From Anolis carolinensis (Eukaryota), in assembly GCF_035594765.1 (NCBI RefSeq), contig NC_085843.1, positions 206,809,971 to 206,873,970 of the forward strand: 64,000 bases of DNA. Direction: 5' to 3'. Every line of letters starts with the position of its first letter. Within the stretch, counting starts at the first letter, position 1. The notes beneath the pieces are model-generated. The model worked only from the letters and a program-made list of their open reading frames with translations. It had not been told where the DNA came from and ran no database searches. The translations under genes were made by a program, and so were the position numbers. Shown here piece after piece: positions 22,701 through 37,700 of this stretch.

Positions 22701-25700
22701 ACACCATTCTTAAAGTCAACATGAGAAGCCGCACTGCCATATAACCCAGCTCAATGCAGATATTGTGGGTTTTTATACGGCTGTGTGGAAGGGGCCCCCA
22801 TCAAGAGTAGACTTTTAGATCTTGGCTTCCATAACCTGACTCTTGGAGCAAAGGCAACTTGTTCCCCTATCACAACATTAATTCTATGCAAGCATGAAGT
22901 CATGGGAGTATGTCTTCGTATTTTGATTAATCCCACCCAGAGGAGAGCTTTGGCCATTGCAGGATTTAATGTGTTACCATCAGTTCTTTTGGATGGGAGA
23001 TATAAAAAGTGGAACGTACCAAAAGGGTTTGTTCTTGTGACTTGGTCTCTGTTAAAACACTTCATCATTCTTTGTTTGTCCCAAATATGATAATATATGG
23101 ATGAAATACAGGAGTTCAATTTTTTCACAGTGTTCTCAATGGCAAAAGTGTTATAAAGTTCCATATCTTCTGATGCAGCCTTTTTATCCTTGAGATTAGT
23201 AACTTTTAAATATGTTTTCTTTTTATCTGTGATTTGCTCTTGTATATACCTGTGTTGTATGCCAATTTTGTCATTGTGTGCCAATAAAAGCTCTCTCTGT
23301 GTGTGTACATAGAATCTTTTTCCTGCAGCTTGGAATCTCTTTTCCTGCAGTTTATTTTATTTTATGACATGCGCAACACTTGGTTCAGATTTCTCTGTAA
23401 ACACATCTGCCATTTTCAAAAGCTAACCTAAGCATCTGCGTCAACATCCTGGTATATTATTTTATTTGTTAAGTTTAGCTGTTTTGCAGTTTGCCACACT
23501 GCCCTAAATGTGTTTAGAATACAGCGCTTTTCTCAATTGCTGCTCTTAGTGTCATCATTAATGCTCTTTATGCTTCATTGCAATTACTTCCAAGCTATTA
23601 ATAACCCATTCTACATACTTTCAAAGTGATTCTTCTTATAATGTGTAACAGTGTGACCCTCCAGATGTTGTTGATCTACAAGTCAAAAGGCTTCCATAGC
23701 CAGCAGTGCAGGCTATGGCTTTTGGGAGTTGCAGTATAACAAGTTCTGGAGGCTGTCCATCCCCCCCCCTTTTTTTTAAAGAGAAAAAGAGTAATGTTTT
23801 GAAAACTAGTGGTCAGTAATTATAAAACTAGTAGCTTGCATTGAAAACCATAGAAAGTGTAAGTAATACAGTACTCAGAAATCAGCTTATCACTTAAAAC
23901 TTTGTGGCTTGTGTGTGTGTTTCATATTAAGGCAATGCAATTGGAAAATGACAAGTGACATATTGATGTTAGCAAAACGTTAAAACCAGTTCTAGTGTGA
24001 TATGCTGCATCTTACAACAGGTAGCCATATTGATGGATTAAGTCTCTTTCATCATGGTCTGCATGTTGAAGAGATCTCGTGTAGCCATAAACAACATTTA
24101 TATTACTAAATCTGGTTCTGTCAAACTTGTGTTTGTATCCTTGTGTTTAGAAACGTGTTAACCTTGTGCCCATTGTGCTTAGAAAATGTTTTATTTTTAC
24201 ATGCTACTTAGAAGCATTCTTCTGGTAGTCTGCAGTTAAGTGGGACTGTTTTGTAGTTGCTATTCATAGAAGAGGCGATTCAAAATCTTGTTTCTGAACA
24301 TGTAAACTAAAACCTAGTCCCCTCGTGCTGTATTAACTTCCAATAGATTTTGAGTTTCTGTCAAGGTTCTTCTCTTTCTTACTTCCTAAAAGTCAGTTTC
24401 CCTTTTGTGTAACTGCTAAAGTATTATAATGTAGCAGATTTAGGAAGTCCATTATTTCATGGTTGGCACATTTGCTTCCCATACAGAGAGTTTGGGTTCA
24501 GTCTTCAGTATTTTTAGTTCAGCGAGAGCTAAAGAAGCTTTAAGAAAGGTGCCAATTGAAGGCTTAGGGATCCAGTGGTAATTGAAGTTAACAAGATTTT
24601 TCTGAAACAGATACTTTATGTCTAAATACTCAAAAGGCTCAAGATCATGTTTGATCTTGGAAGTTAAACCATAGTTAGTACTTGTTTAGGAGACCACCGA
24701 TGTATAACAGGTGCTGTAGGCAATATTTCCGAGGAAGTAACTGGGAAAACCACCTCTGGGCATTTCTTGCTTAAGAAAACTCTTTAATATTTGTAGGGTT
24801 GCCTCAAGTTGACAGATGGTTTGACAGCACATATGACCAACATATCTGCATAACATGACACTGTAGAAAGATGAAAAACAGTATTAGAATATCCAAATGG
24901 TCCAACCTCCTTAAGGCAGTTTTACCTTTAAAGGTCATTCAAAGTCAAAATGCATTGATAACCTAACTTTCAAAATGCTTCTGTTGCTTTAAGATAACAG
25001 TACTTCTAGCATTTTTAAAGCTGTGGTTTTGCACTGTTGTGGTGGTGTGCCTTCAAGTAGTTTCTGAGTTATAGCTACCCTATGACAGAGTTTTCTTGGC
25101 AGAACTTATTCAGAGGGAGTTTGCCTTTGCCCTCTTCTGGAACTGAAAATGTGACTTGTCCAAATCATCTAATGGATTTCCATGTTCAAGCAGGGGTTTA
25201 AACTGTGGTTTCCAGAGTTGTGGTCTAGTGCTGAAACCATTATATAACATTGGCCCTCACCCAGTAACTGTATATATTTTATTCAAAGGTTGGTGGCTGT
25301 AATAATATCTGCAAGTTGAACTGTAAGATATATACTATAAGGTATATAAGTATTTGAAATTTTGATTACATTACATATTTTTGTTTAACAAGATGAAGAA
25401 ACTTTTGCAGAATTAATAAGTGACGGAGAACTGAAAATGTTTAAGATTACAGTACTGTACATTCCTTGATATATAGCCTCACATATAGCTGTATACAATC
25501 ACATTAGCACTTAAAACTGATGAACTCCCTCCCCCCTCAAAGTTTTGTATTATTAGTACAATAATGATTTTATTGGTAAGGAAATGAAATTGAACCAGGA
25601 GATAGTAATGCCTATTAAATCTCAATCTGTTTGGAGAAATGAGCTGGAGGACAACAATATATATAGATAGGTAGATAGAAAGCATTATTTGGTTCTAAAG

Positions 25701-28700
25701 AATCATTCATGCTCCCAGGCTATGGGACCAAAATAGCCACATCACTACGTATGAATGTAGCAACAATATCAAACTCAGTTGAGATTCTCACTGATCCTGC
25801 ACATAATTGAGATATTATTGAACATGGATGGGAATTGTGTGCAGTTCCCATTATAGATGCTAATTGACAATGTTATGTAAAATTGACTTTAATTTTGGAA
25901 GTGGTTATAACAAATCATTCTGGAACTGTTAATTCTTTTATCTAAAAATGTATGGTAAAACTCCCAAATTCCACCTTTTCTCCTCTGCAGACCCTTTTCC
26001 ATAGTTTCTGTGTTAAGAGAAACTGAGATATATCAAGCTACTTTCTTTTAGCTGGACACTCTGTGATATGAACAATCAAGATTTCCCTGATGTTATGGTT
26101 GTGCATCCAACTAAAAGAAATAGCTGAATGTGCCATTGCTGCTCCCTCTACTCTCCACCAATATAGGAATAACTATTAGGGAGAGCTGTCACAATGAAAA
26201 GAATGGGGTTGAGGGGAGATTTTGGTTGCTGGCCCCAACAAAAAAGATGGTTACAATAGTACCAATAGGTCTTTAGCCATTATAACCCATTAACAGGAAG
26301 CCATCTCTTTGTGGTTTGTTCAGACAGTGGGTAAGTGTAATATCTTATATATAGTTAAATAAGAAGCCTATGAGTTTTGTCACTTAACATAAGTGACAAA
26401 GCCTTTATGCTGAACTTTTATTTTGGGAGTGGGTATGACTGTAGTGGTGGAGGTATTTAAAGGTTTTTCCAGATGTTAGAAGTGAAATACTGAACATTCA
26501 GCCCACTAGAATTCATGGGACTATCAGATGAGATGCTGTATAATGTATTACCATTTGTGTAAAAAAAAAAAAAAAAAAGCAACATGAGAGTTCAAACAAG
26601 TTTGAATTCTAGCGGTGAGTCATACAAAAATGGAATTTTATAAATGAGGTCAATGCATTTATCAAGGAAAAGTCTAACGCTCATCTGTAATCTTTGATGT
26701 AGAATTTCTGTTTTCTTTAGTTTGCTTTATGGCAGTGAATGTTTGCCATTTTTTATGGAAACTGCCCTGAGTCCCCTTGGGGAGATAGGATGGGTTACAA
26801 ATAAAGTCTTATTGTTATTAGTATGATGTGAGGACACATAGTAGTTTCACTAGGGATACATCAACTGTAAAATATGCAGTTTGCCACAACTTTTAATTGC
26901 CATGGCTCAATGCTATTGAATTAATAGAGTTGTAGTTTGGTGAGGCACCAGCACACTTTTGCAGTGAAGGCCACATACCTTGTAAAACCACAACTCCCAT
27001 AATTCCATAGCACTGAGCTTTGACAGTTAAAGTGGTGTCATACAACATTAACTGTACAGTGCAGATGTACAGTTCATTAAAGCACATGTGCCTCTGTACA
27101 AGAAGATGCCATGAGGAGCTATAAATGGAACTTAACATTCAGAAGTAACTTGGTTGCGGATCTACACTGTGTGCTAATGTTGCATAAGATAAAGACAGAA
27201 TAGTTCACACAATATAGAGGCAAACATGGGTTTATTGCAGAGCCATAGTTCTAGGAGCACTGTGCTTTAATAGCAGTGACATGATGAATCCAGTTCTCTA
27301 CTACAATTCCTGTATTTCTCATCAAAATTCCCAGGTGATAGTCCTGAGTTGGGCTGACACAATGACTCCTTGGCCATGTGGACTAAGGGAGTGTTGAATG
27401 CAAGTGATCCATTTGAGTTGTGTTTGCATTTCTTGGGGCCTTTTAAGTCCAGGGAAGGCTGGACTGTACATAATTGTATAGTAGTGTTTCCAGTAGGAAG
27501 TGACCTGAGAGTTGAATTACACATGGAAAGTTTATCTTGGCTCTGTAATGGCCCAAATAGCCCAATAAATAAAGAGAAGGTGATCCTACTACAGGAATCA
27601 AAAGAGAATTGGGAAGATACTACTCTCATGTATCTTAACTTGAAGTTGATAGATATATTAAAAATTACTGCATATAATGTATATTACACTCGGTGCTTAA
27701 GTATCAGTTCTCTTTGTCTCTAAAAGAAAAAAAAATCACTGTTTTAAACTTATTGAGAACTAAATTCAATGTGGCATGTGAAATAATTTTGACTCTTTAA
27801 GAATATTCACCAGCTGTAGTCCAATATTTATGCCACTTATCTACAAGTTTTGGACTAAGAAACAGCAGTCCTGTTATTACTGGGGAATATTTAAATGGCT
27901 GTGAAGGGAGAATGCAGTAGCTGTATGATAAGTTCACGAGTGTCAAATTCAAATACATAGCAGTATTAGTCTGGAGTATCAGTATGCAAGTACAGGGATC
28001 TTGTAGCACCTTAGAGACTTGGTGAAAGAAGTTGTAAACAAGCTTTCTTGGATGAAGTTGATTTCTGTAGATGAATAAGTACATGGGATTGTGAATGACT
28101 AGCTGGAAAATAATTTCAAATCCTGAGCCACACAGGATTTGATCCATAGATAGTAAAGAGCTCCATGATTAGAAGAGATGCTTGTGAAGGGAATGGTAGT
28201 CTAGTCGTGTCCGACTCTGGGGATTGGTGCTCATCTCCATTTCTAAGCCGAAGAGCTGGTGTTGTCCATAGACACCTCCAAGGTCATGTGGCTGGCATGA
28301 CTGCATGGAGCACGGTTACCTTCTCGCCGGATCGGTACCTATTGATATACTTATATTTGCATGATTTCAAACTGCTAGGTTGGCAGAAGCTGGGGCCAAC
28401 AGCGGGAACTCACCCTGCTCCCCTGGATTCGAACTGTCAGCAAGTGCAGCAGCTCAGCGGTTTAATCTGTTGTGCCACTGGGGGCTCCCAAAATTTGATA
28501 TGTGAAATTAAGTGAATTTTATTGTTTAATTTTTAGAATTCTAAGGCAAACATGTGATTTTTCACTATGTAGATATTGAATGCATTGAAGTTTTTATCTT
28601 GGTTATCAATTTAATGCAGTTTCAAAAAGTAGGTGAACATATTGTTTACCTTTTAAGATGGCAAAGTTTTATTTAATTATGCTATACAATGAAGCAGGTG

Positions 28701-31700
28701 GGCAATCTTTCTCAATTACTATGTCAGTAGGCACTGACAACAGTAACATTTTTGTTATTGTATATTAAAATATTTCTGGAGGTTTTTTGAATAATTGATT
28801 TCTTTTTTTGACTGTAAACCTTTGTCTGTAATCTTAAGAAAACTTGTTTCACTTAAATATCTAAAGAAGCTCACAGAAGCTCCTTTATATCATCAAATAC
28901 CTTCCTATATTTGTGTAATTTAAAACTATTTACATCTTTTATCTAATAAAACTTTAAACTTCTTTTTTAAGGATGTCAGGTAAATAAAGTTTGATCAGGG
29001 AAAGGCCAGAGAAGTAGAAAATACAGTTGTAAAGATAACTTTGTGGATTCTTCTGTGAAAGACTCTTGTTTAAACCTGGAAATCTCTTGCCAACTAATGT
29101 ACAGAGAACTGCCTGACAACAAAAGCCAGGTTGCTATATTTGTTTAATTTACTTTTACTCTTCTGCCTTAAAAGGCACCCTGAGCATCTTGGAATAATCA
29201 AGAACAGGAGAGTTCCTTTCCTTAGGCTCTCAGTGCACAAAGCAACGAGTTTGGAAATGGGCAAAATTTATCTGCACTGTCACATAGCTTTCACGACAAG
29301 GAGAAATATACTAAATTATAAAAGCAACTGTTCAAACTAAATCTGTTTTCTTGATAACAAAGGCTGTTCACAGATCATTGTGGGTGATTTGACACTAGAG
29401 GAAACACAAACACAAAAACCATTCTTGATACAGCATGAGACTGAATAATTCTTAATACTACTTTCTTAAATATTTGCAATTTCTTAGCTATCTGGTTGTT
29501 GCAACATTTCTTGGTAAAATATAAAGTAATTGGTGCTGAATAATACATTTTGTTGCCAGCCTCTCCTAACAGCTCAAGGAGGAATACAGCAAAGTGAAAA
29601 CATATGAACATAATATACATACAGTATAATAGATAAAAACACACTAATATAAAAAAACAAACAAACACAAGGTACAGAACATACATATAGCAGCAATAGA
29701 ATGCACATTCAAAATCCATAAGTAGAAGTTGATTGGATAGGCCTGCCAGAAGAAATGGTTCTTCAATTAAATTCTGAAAGCTAGTTTAGCTGTTGAAGCT
29801 CTTTTGGCAGGTTTTTCCACAGTCTTGGGAAGGCCAATGAAAAAGTCCTCTGGGTGATGGTTACTAGTCGCGTTTTGGTAGGCTGGAGTAGCCACTCCCA
29901 GAGGACCTCAATGTTTTAAGGAGCGGATTGTGTGGGAGAAGGCGATTCTGTAGATAACCTTGACCCAAACCATGTAGGACCTTCAAGGTCAAACCTTATT
30001 GTACTGTAAAGAAAATGATAGTGCTTGAAAAAGTGGGCTTTCCTTGTATTTTAATTTTTTGAAAGATCCAGACATGAGACATGAACACTTAACTGAATTG
30101 TAGGATAGGAAGAATCTGTGTCACATGTAGGGTTTTTTGTTAATGTGTTTTATGCTAATGGGGCTTGACAATGAATGATTTTAAACTGATATTTAAAAAA
30201 TCCACATAAATATTAAGAAGAATTTCCTGATGGTAAGAGCTACCTCGGGAGTCTCCGTCTCTGGAACTTTTTAAACAGAGGCTGGATGGCCATTTGTTGA
30301 AGGTGCTTTGATTGTGTCCTGTATGGTGGGAGTTGGACTGGATAGCCCTTCGGATCTCTTTCAACTCTATGATTCTTTGATTTTAATTGATCCACTTTAT
30401 AGGGCAAAATAAAACCATTCTGGTATTTGGTAGGAAATCCACATGGTGCCTTCTGTGTGTGTTGTATCAGATCTTCCTTAAAACTGGTGATATTCACAAA
30501 GTAAATCAAGTAACATTTTTATAAACAGACCCATGACATCACAGTCCCCTAGAAAGGTTTTGCTGGCTCTTGTGACCAAACCTAGATCCCCAAATGTTGG
30601 CTCTTAACCATATTTTCAAAGCTATTTCACTGATGGGTTCATGCTGTTGAGAGGGGTAATACATAGTTTTGTGGGATGTGAAAGTCGATCAGCTGCCATC
30701 AGCTAAAATCTGCTTCAATGTCCTAGGGAAGTAGATGGGGTTTTGTAAATCTGGATGAGGGATTGTGATGCTAAGGAAAGAAAGGGAGGGACAAGTTGGT
30801 GGTGTTGGCAGGACAGAAGATGAGGAGGCAGAGGAGTGGGTTGAGGAGATGGATCAGCTGCTAAAATTGGCCTCAGTGTCCTAGAGAGGCGTAAGGGCTT
30901 TGAAAATTTCGTTGAGGTGTCACAGTACCAAAGTGGGAAAGGGAGTGGTGAGCTTGTGCTGTGAGCATAATAGAAGACATAGAGGAGGTTGAGCTAGTTA
31001 AGCAGCAGACACAAAATCATGAATAATCAAATCAGTGAAAGAGAAATCCTTGAATGTGGATGGCAAACTGTATGAAATTGACAAGACTTGTTACTTGCAA
31101 ATATAGCTCTGTTAACTTGGTTGTGTCCTTCATAAATGTGGCAGATAGTCAGTGAGAATAGACCATTTGAGGAAAATACACTGTGTGTCTGTGCATCTGT
31201 TTCAGGGGTGTATGTGTACAAATGAGAATAGTCAGATTTAGCTCGTATAGCACTCAATCTAGTACTTTTGCTTAACATAATGACTCAGTCTTCTTTAATC
31301 AGAGATTTCTATAATTTCTGCATACAATTTTAATATAATTTCATTACAGCATATTGGTTTTGTATTATCACTGGAAACTGACTAACAGACAAACTTAAGA
31401 GAAAATCAGAATTCTGTCTCTTTCAGAAACATATCCATTTAAGATTTTTTGTTCTCGGCTAAATGGCTTATGGCACCCTTACAAAGAATTTTGGTTTTGG
31501 AATAAACATATTTCTTTTAGCTTGCGTTCATTATTCTTTTTAACCTCTGTGCTTTGGTTCTGGTTTCAGTATCCTTCCCTCTTCCCACAACATCCTTGAA
31601 TGTTTGCACTTCACATCTTAAAATGGTTCTAATCCATATGCCTTAGTATTTTTTAAAAGTTTGCTTTTGTTTTTAATGAGGATGTTATAGGGCTAGGTAA

Positions 31701-34700
31701 AAAGGCTTACAGTGTTATACTATATTATGTCACCATGTTTTCCTACTATATAAAAGAAATTACTTCTGATAAAGAGGGAATACCTTCGTAACTTTGGTAA
31801 TTATATTGAGCTGACCAGAACACTTCGCTTTCATGGAGTGAAAATCAAATGTTTACCTTCAATAGGCAAGAGTGTAAATATTCATGTTTGAAAAATAATC
31901 ACATGGGATTTCTGTTTACACAGAGCAGTCTCCTATAACCTGGTGTAATGGTTACAGTCATTCATTCACTTCAGAATATAAATATTCATTAATGGTTAGA
32001 AATAAATATGATATATGCATTTAAAAATTAGGTTTCTTTTTAAAAATACAATATCTACAAGTGACTTTTTTCCATTCTGCTTAACACCTGCTGGTGACTA
32101 GGATTTTTGTACATACAGTAGAGTCTCACTTACCCAAGCTAAACGGGCCAGCAGAAGCTTGGATAAGCGAATATCTTGGATAATAAAGAGGGATTAAGGA
32201 AAAGCCTATTAAACATCAAATTAGGTTATGATTTTACAAATTAAGCACCAAAACATCATGTTATAAAACAAATTTGATAGAAAAAGAAGTTCAATACGCA
32301 GTAATGTTATGTTGTAATTACTGTATTTACGAATTTAGCACCAAAATATCACGATATATTGAAAACATTGACTACAAAAATGGCTTGGATAATCCATAGG
32401 CTTGGATAAGCGAGGCTTGGATAAGTGAGACTCTACTGTAATAGTGGACATAGAAGGCCAGTGTTCAATCAGCATAGGGTTTTTTCAATAAAAGTGCATT
32501 CTTACAATCACTTAATACATAATGGGTATATGTTAACTGCAAAAGATAATGAGAATTCTTGCTTTGTAAACTAAAAGATATTTGTGGGTTGTTTTTTTTT
32601 TAAAAAAGGTGATGAAACACTGAATATGGTCAACCTCTGATGTAAAATGAAGTTGGAAAAATGAGTATTTACCAATAAAGGTCACATATTGTCAGGACCC
32701 AGGCTGCAGAGCACCAATAACCATGCACAGAGACCAGAATCTATCTAATATCTTTAAACTATCTAATAACTATCTAATATCTATCTAATATCTATTAAAG
32801 GAATATATAAGGTCAATAAAAACAAGTGAAGAATATAGTTCAGAGGTAGACCTTACAGGAAAGGTCAAATTTAGTCCAGGAAAGCAATGTCCAATATGTG
32901 ATATTAGAGTCCAAAGTTATAATCCAATAACCGAAACACACACTTTGCCGAGCAAAGTGTGGGGAAATGACAAGGTCCTTTAGTCCAATGGAGCTTAACA
33001 ACAAGGCTGGAAAACAAACCAGATTCTTGGCAAACAAGACTCGATACGAGGCAACAAGAAGCAAGAACAAGGTCCGTGGCGAGGTCCGGGGAACAAGGCA
33101 GGCTTGGAACAAGAACAAGGTCCTGGAAACAAGGAACTGGAGTAGCGTAGTCCACACACGATCTCACTCCTGAAGCTGACGAATTGACTCCGCAAGGATC
33201 TCCTTGCGGTAAAACACCTATATAGGATCTTGTTTTCCCGCCAAGGAACACTTTCCCTGGGGAACAAGAAGTGAAACCCAAACTGTGTCCAGATGCATGA
33301 CTCCTTAAGATTTCCCAAGGGAAACAGGCTTAATCAGCTAATTGTCTGGCAGCGATTCTGGCGCTTCGGCGCTTCGCCTCCCTAGCGCCTCTATCTCTAT
33401 TATAATTATCCTTACGAGAGAACGGGGGAGAATTCTGCCGAAGGCTTGTTTGGCTGACTTCTTGAGGGCAAACATCCTGCAGGTGCAGGGGCTCCGATTC
33501 TGGCTGAATCGGTGGGAAACCCAAGTTTTCCTCTTCGTCTGCCACAATAGTACTAGGAACGGGACTACATGGCCCATGAGACATCACACATATGAACAAT
33601 GTTTTGAACTAGGCTATTAATTTGGTCTGAACTATATGGTTTCTTAATTCTTTAAATTGTGGAAAATAAAAAACCAAAACTAAATGAATGAGCTAGTTAT
33701 GAGTAATAGTAAGTCATTGACCTATTGCTTCAAGAAAGAATTGTTATTAGGATTGCTTTTATTCTCATTCTTTTTCTGGAAGAAACACAACCTTGCCTCA
33801 GTGATCACTTCCCATTCTGTGCCTTGCCCTTTTTATCTTCATGAGAACAGTCAAAGCTGAAATGTTGAAAGTGCCTTTTGAGGGAAGTGATAACTAAATC
33901 TTGATACTATTGAGCACATGGGGTTGTGGAAAGAAGTAGATAATGAAATAAATGAAGGATAGGAGCCATGTGGACCTCCAGATGTTGAATTACATTTGGT
34001 ATGCCATTGAATTGCCATTGGGTATGCTGGCTAGGGCTGCTGGGACTTTCATTCCAATAACAGCTGCAAAGGTCCCAGCATTACCATTTATTATCTAGGC
34101 AGATAGTAAAATCCCTTTGGAATCGGTGGTACATGGTTCTTAGGATTGTACTGCTCATTTTTAAATTGGCTTCTGATATTAATCCCAACTCAGGAATTTA
34201 ATCTAGACATTATTTTCAAAGTGTACTAAGTAAAAGTAAGTAAGTAAAACTATATTTCTATCCCACCCTTTCTCCCCATGGGGACTCAGGGCGGCTCACA
34301 GCATAAAGGGCAAATATTCAATGCCGTAAAATGCAACAAAAGACTACATCATTCAAATAGACGGTACAGAACATTAAATAAAACAACAAATCAAATAAAA
34401 ACAATAATGACAAGTTACACAATATTAATAAAAACAAAGTTAAAATAGGTTAAAAGCCATGTCCAAATTCCATTCCTTATTTAAATATTCACATCTCCAG
34501 ATGCCTGAGTACATAGAAAAGTTTTTATTTGCTTCCTAAAGGAGGGCAGCAATGCCATTCTCATCTTCGGAAGGGAGTTCCAGAGGCGGGGGGCAATTGC
34601 AGAGAAGGCCCTTTCACTCGTTCTCACCAGTCGGCTTTGAGACGGGGGGGGGGGCGACCGAGAGGAGGATGTTCACTGATGAAGGCTCATATGAGATTTG

Positions 34701-37700
34701 GTTGGCCAGGTAGTCTGGACCCGAACCATTTAGGGCTTTAAAGGTAACAACCAGCAATTTACATTTCACTCAGTAGCAAACTGGAAACCTATGGAGCTAC
34801 CGCAGCATGGGAGTTGTACTCCCTGTACGGTGCTCCCGTTAGTAGTCAGGCTGTTGATCTCTGAACCAGCTGAAGCTTCTGAGTGGTCTTTAAAGGCAGC
34901 CCCACATAGAGCATGTTGCGGTAGTCCATGTGATATGTAACTAACGCGTGTACTACCATGGCCAGATCCATCACCTCAAGACACAGGCGCAGCTGGCACA
35001 CAAGTTTTAGCTGTGCAAAGGCAATCCTGGTAACTGCTGTCACCTGAGTCTCGAGGGTCAGAGATAAATCCAGGTTCACTCCCAAGCTGCGTACCTGTGT
35101 CTTCAGGGGGAGTGTAACCCCCAGCTAGCACAGGTTGTATCGCTATACCCTGATCTGCCTTCCAACTGACCAGTAGCACCTCTGTCTTGTCAGGATTTAA
35201 TTTCAATCTATTCACCCTCTTCTGTCAAACAGTTTGCTGGCTTGCTTGCTTGCTTTGGACAGATATTGAGCATTTGAGTATTTCTGTTCATACTGTTAAG
35301 GATAAAAGTAGCATAATTGTTCTGTCTTTTAAAGCTGCATAAAAATACCTAACCTTTCAATGTTGCAAATCAGTTAGATTGTATTTAAACGCTATGGTTA
35401 AATATCACACATTACATTACTGAAGACAGATAGACAAAGAAAAAGAACTCATTGAACCAAGTTGTTATTCTATTCCAGGAATGGAAAGCCTATCAATTTG
35501 ACTGGTAACTTCTCCACATCTGGGCAGTAGTTAGGTGCGTGTGTGTGTGTGTGTGTAAGTTATCATTTTTCTAATTGCCACATTGGTCAAAGGTCTACAT
35601 GGCAGCTCAATTAATAATCGCCTTTTTGCCATTCCCCAAATGTTTCTCTTCTTTTGCATTAAAGACTGCATTTCTGTAAAAACTAAATTTTGGCATGGGT
35701 GAAACCCCGTAGCATTAGATGACAATTAGGATAGGGTAGAAAGGGAAAATAAAGACAGTTACTTCAGTCATGCTTATAATTGCCATTTAACTCCTGGAAA
35801 GGTATGTGTGGATGAATTGTTCTGGAATAAAAATTCTCTTGTGCATTCCTTGGTAGCTTCCTAAGATATTTAACCTTCTACAAAGTACATCCAATCTGAC
35901 ATACTATCATAATCCAGTCAGAAGTTGTTAATAATATAATTGTTCTAGTTATGTGCTTTTAAAAAAGTGTTGTACAATTGGTATCAAATAAGAGAAGAAG
36001 TGGGCGAAATATTTATGTAGTGTCATTTTGTCATCCACGTTAGACTTGATCGTCTCTTTATTTTACTGGATACTGGGACGACACCAGTTACGAGGAAAGC
36101 GGCTGCACAGCAACTTGGGGAGGTTGTAAAACTTCATCCACATGAGCTAAATAATCTGTTGGCTAAAGTAAGTATTTTCTTGAGTGTTTTGATAAGGAAT
36201 GCAATGGGATTTTTCCCATAAGTCTAAATAAGACTAAATGAGACAAACTTTTAGTTTATAATGGTTGTAGTGATTGTTTTAAATTACACCATTCCATCTG
36301 CAGACTATCTAAATATATTTAATAAGGGCCGTTCACTAATTTATTTGATAGACTATGCTTAGCATATTAATCTGTCTATTAACATTTTATTTAATGAGTT
36401 TGTATAGAGATTATTTACTAAAATTACAAGTCCTAAAACATGTCACTGTGACTAGATATTTAAGGAAATGTCTTTAGTTTTAGTATTACTAAATAAGTCA
36501 TGTTAATAATGTTTTTTTCTGCTGTATTTTTATCACATAAGCAACTGACAAAGGTGAGCTATGCATACTTGTGCTTGCCATGCCACTGTCATTTCTATCC
36601 TCTCAGTCACATGAATGTTGTGAAAAAATATGATGTTGGCAAGGGATGAAGGGCTGAACTTCAGAAGTCTTATGCTGATGTTTTATGTAAGAACAGATAT
36701 TATATCTTTCATTCCCTCTGGGGTATTATCTATGCCAAAAACCACAGAATTCTTTGAAAAGCCAGAAAAATTAGATTATTACTTAAGATGTATATATTCA
36801 GTTTTATCATATTTATTTACTGTATTGTTATAAGTGTTTTATTTATGTGTTTTATATATGGTGTGTAATCATGTTTTATCAAGTCTTTTTGTTTGGTGTG
36901 GTACTGTGATATGGCCTAAGGGCTAATCAATAAATTTACTTCTTAAGATGTAGAGAAAAAAATACCTAATTTTGACAGGTTATGAGGACCTTTGAAATTT
37001 ATAGATGCAAATGGTTATTTCACTTTCCTCATGTATTCATGCCTCTTTTTTAATCCAGTCCTTTTTATAAGACTTTTAATGTGGTCCAGAATGGCTACTG
37101 AGCGAGTGACATATCATTTAAGATATGTAATAACCTGTCTAATTTTTGAACATTTTACAGGTGTTGATACACCTAAGAAGTACAAATTGGGATACCCGAA
37201 TTGCTGCTGGACAAGCTGTGGAAGCAATAGTGAAAAATGTACCAGAATGGAACCCAACTCCGCGCCCCAAACAAGGTGCTGTGTACAGAAATTGTTGTGA
37301 ATTAATTAACGTTCGTTAAATTGTTTTTCTAAAACTGCTCTGGATTGAGTAAATTATTAAAATAAAAAATAATAAATTAAATCTGCTTCCTCTTTAAAGA
37401 TTTTGTTAACATCTACTTTTTCACTTTGCTTACACATATAATATGCCAAAACATTGCTAAAACATGATTTAAATGCATTTTATCAGTCTTCAGTTTAATA
37501 CTGAACTCATGTTAAGTGTTTGCTGTCTTTATCTAGAACGTAGCTGTGAAAGTCCAATGGAAGAGTCAACTACCTTTGATCGATTGCGATTTGATCGATT
37601 TGATATCTGCCGACTTCTAAAACATGGTGCATCTCTTCTTGGATCTGCTGGTGCAGAATTTGAGATTCAAGAGGACACCTCTGGTATTTATCCATTTGAT

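Noticed and set aside
22751-23284. 177-aa minus-strand ORF and the many other 60-140 aa ORFs in the track
   Set aside because: They are antisense or off-frame readings of TE fragments, microsatellites or exon flanks, with no independent coding signal
24625-24722. 5S rRNA gene
   Set aside because: Heavily diverged, with a deletion, and fused to a retroposon tail; it is a SINE head
28972-28979. 8-nt micro-exon candidate (ttttttaag|GATGTCAG|gtaaat) that would frameshift BTAF1
   Set aside because: Such matches arise by chance in a 16-kb AT-rich intron, and no conservation or transcript evidence is available
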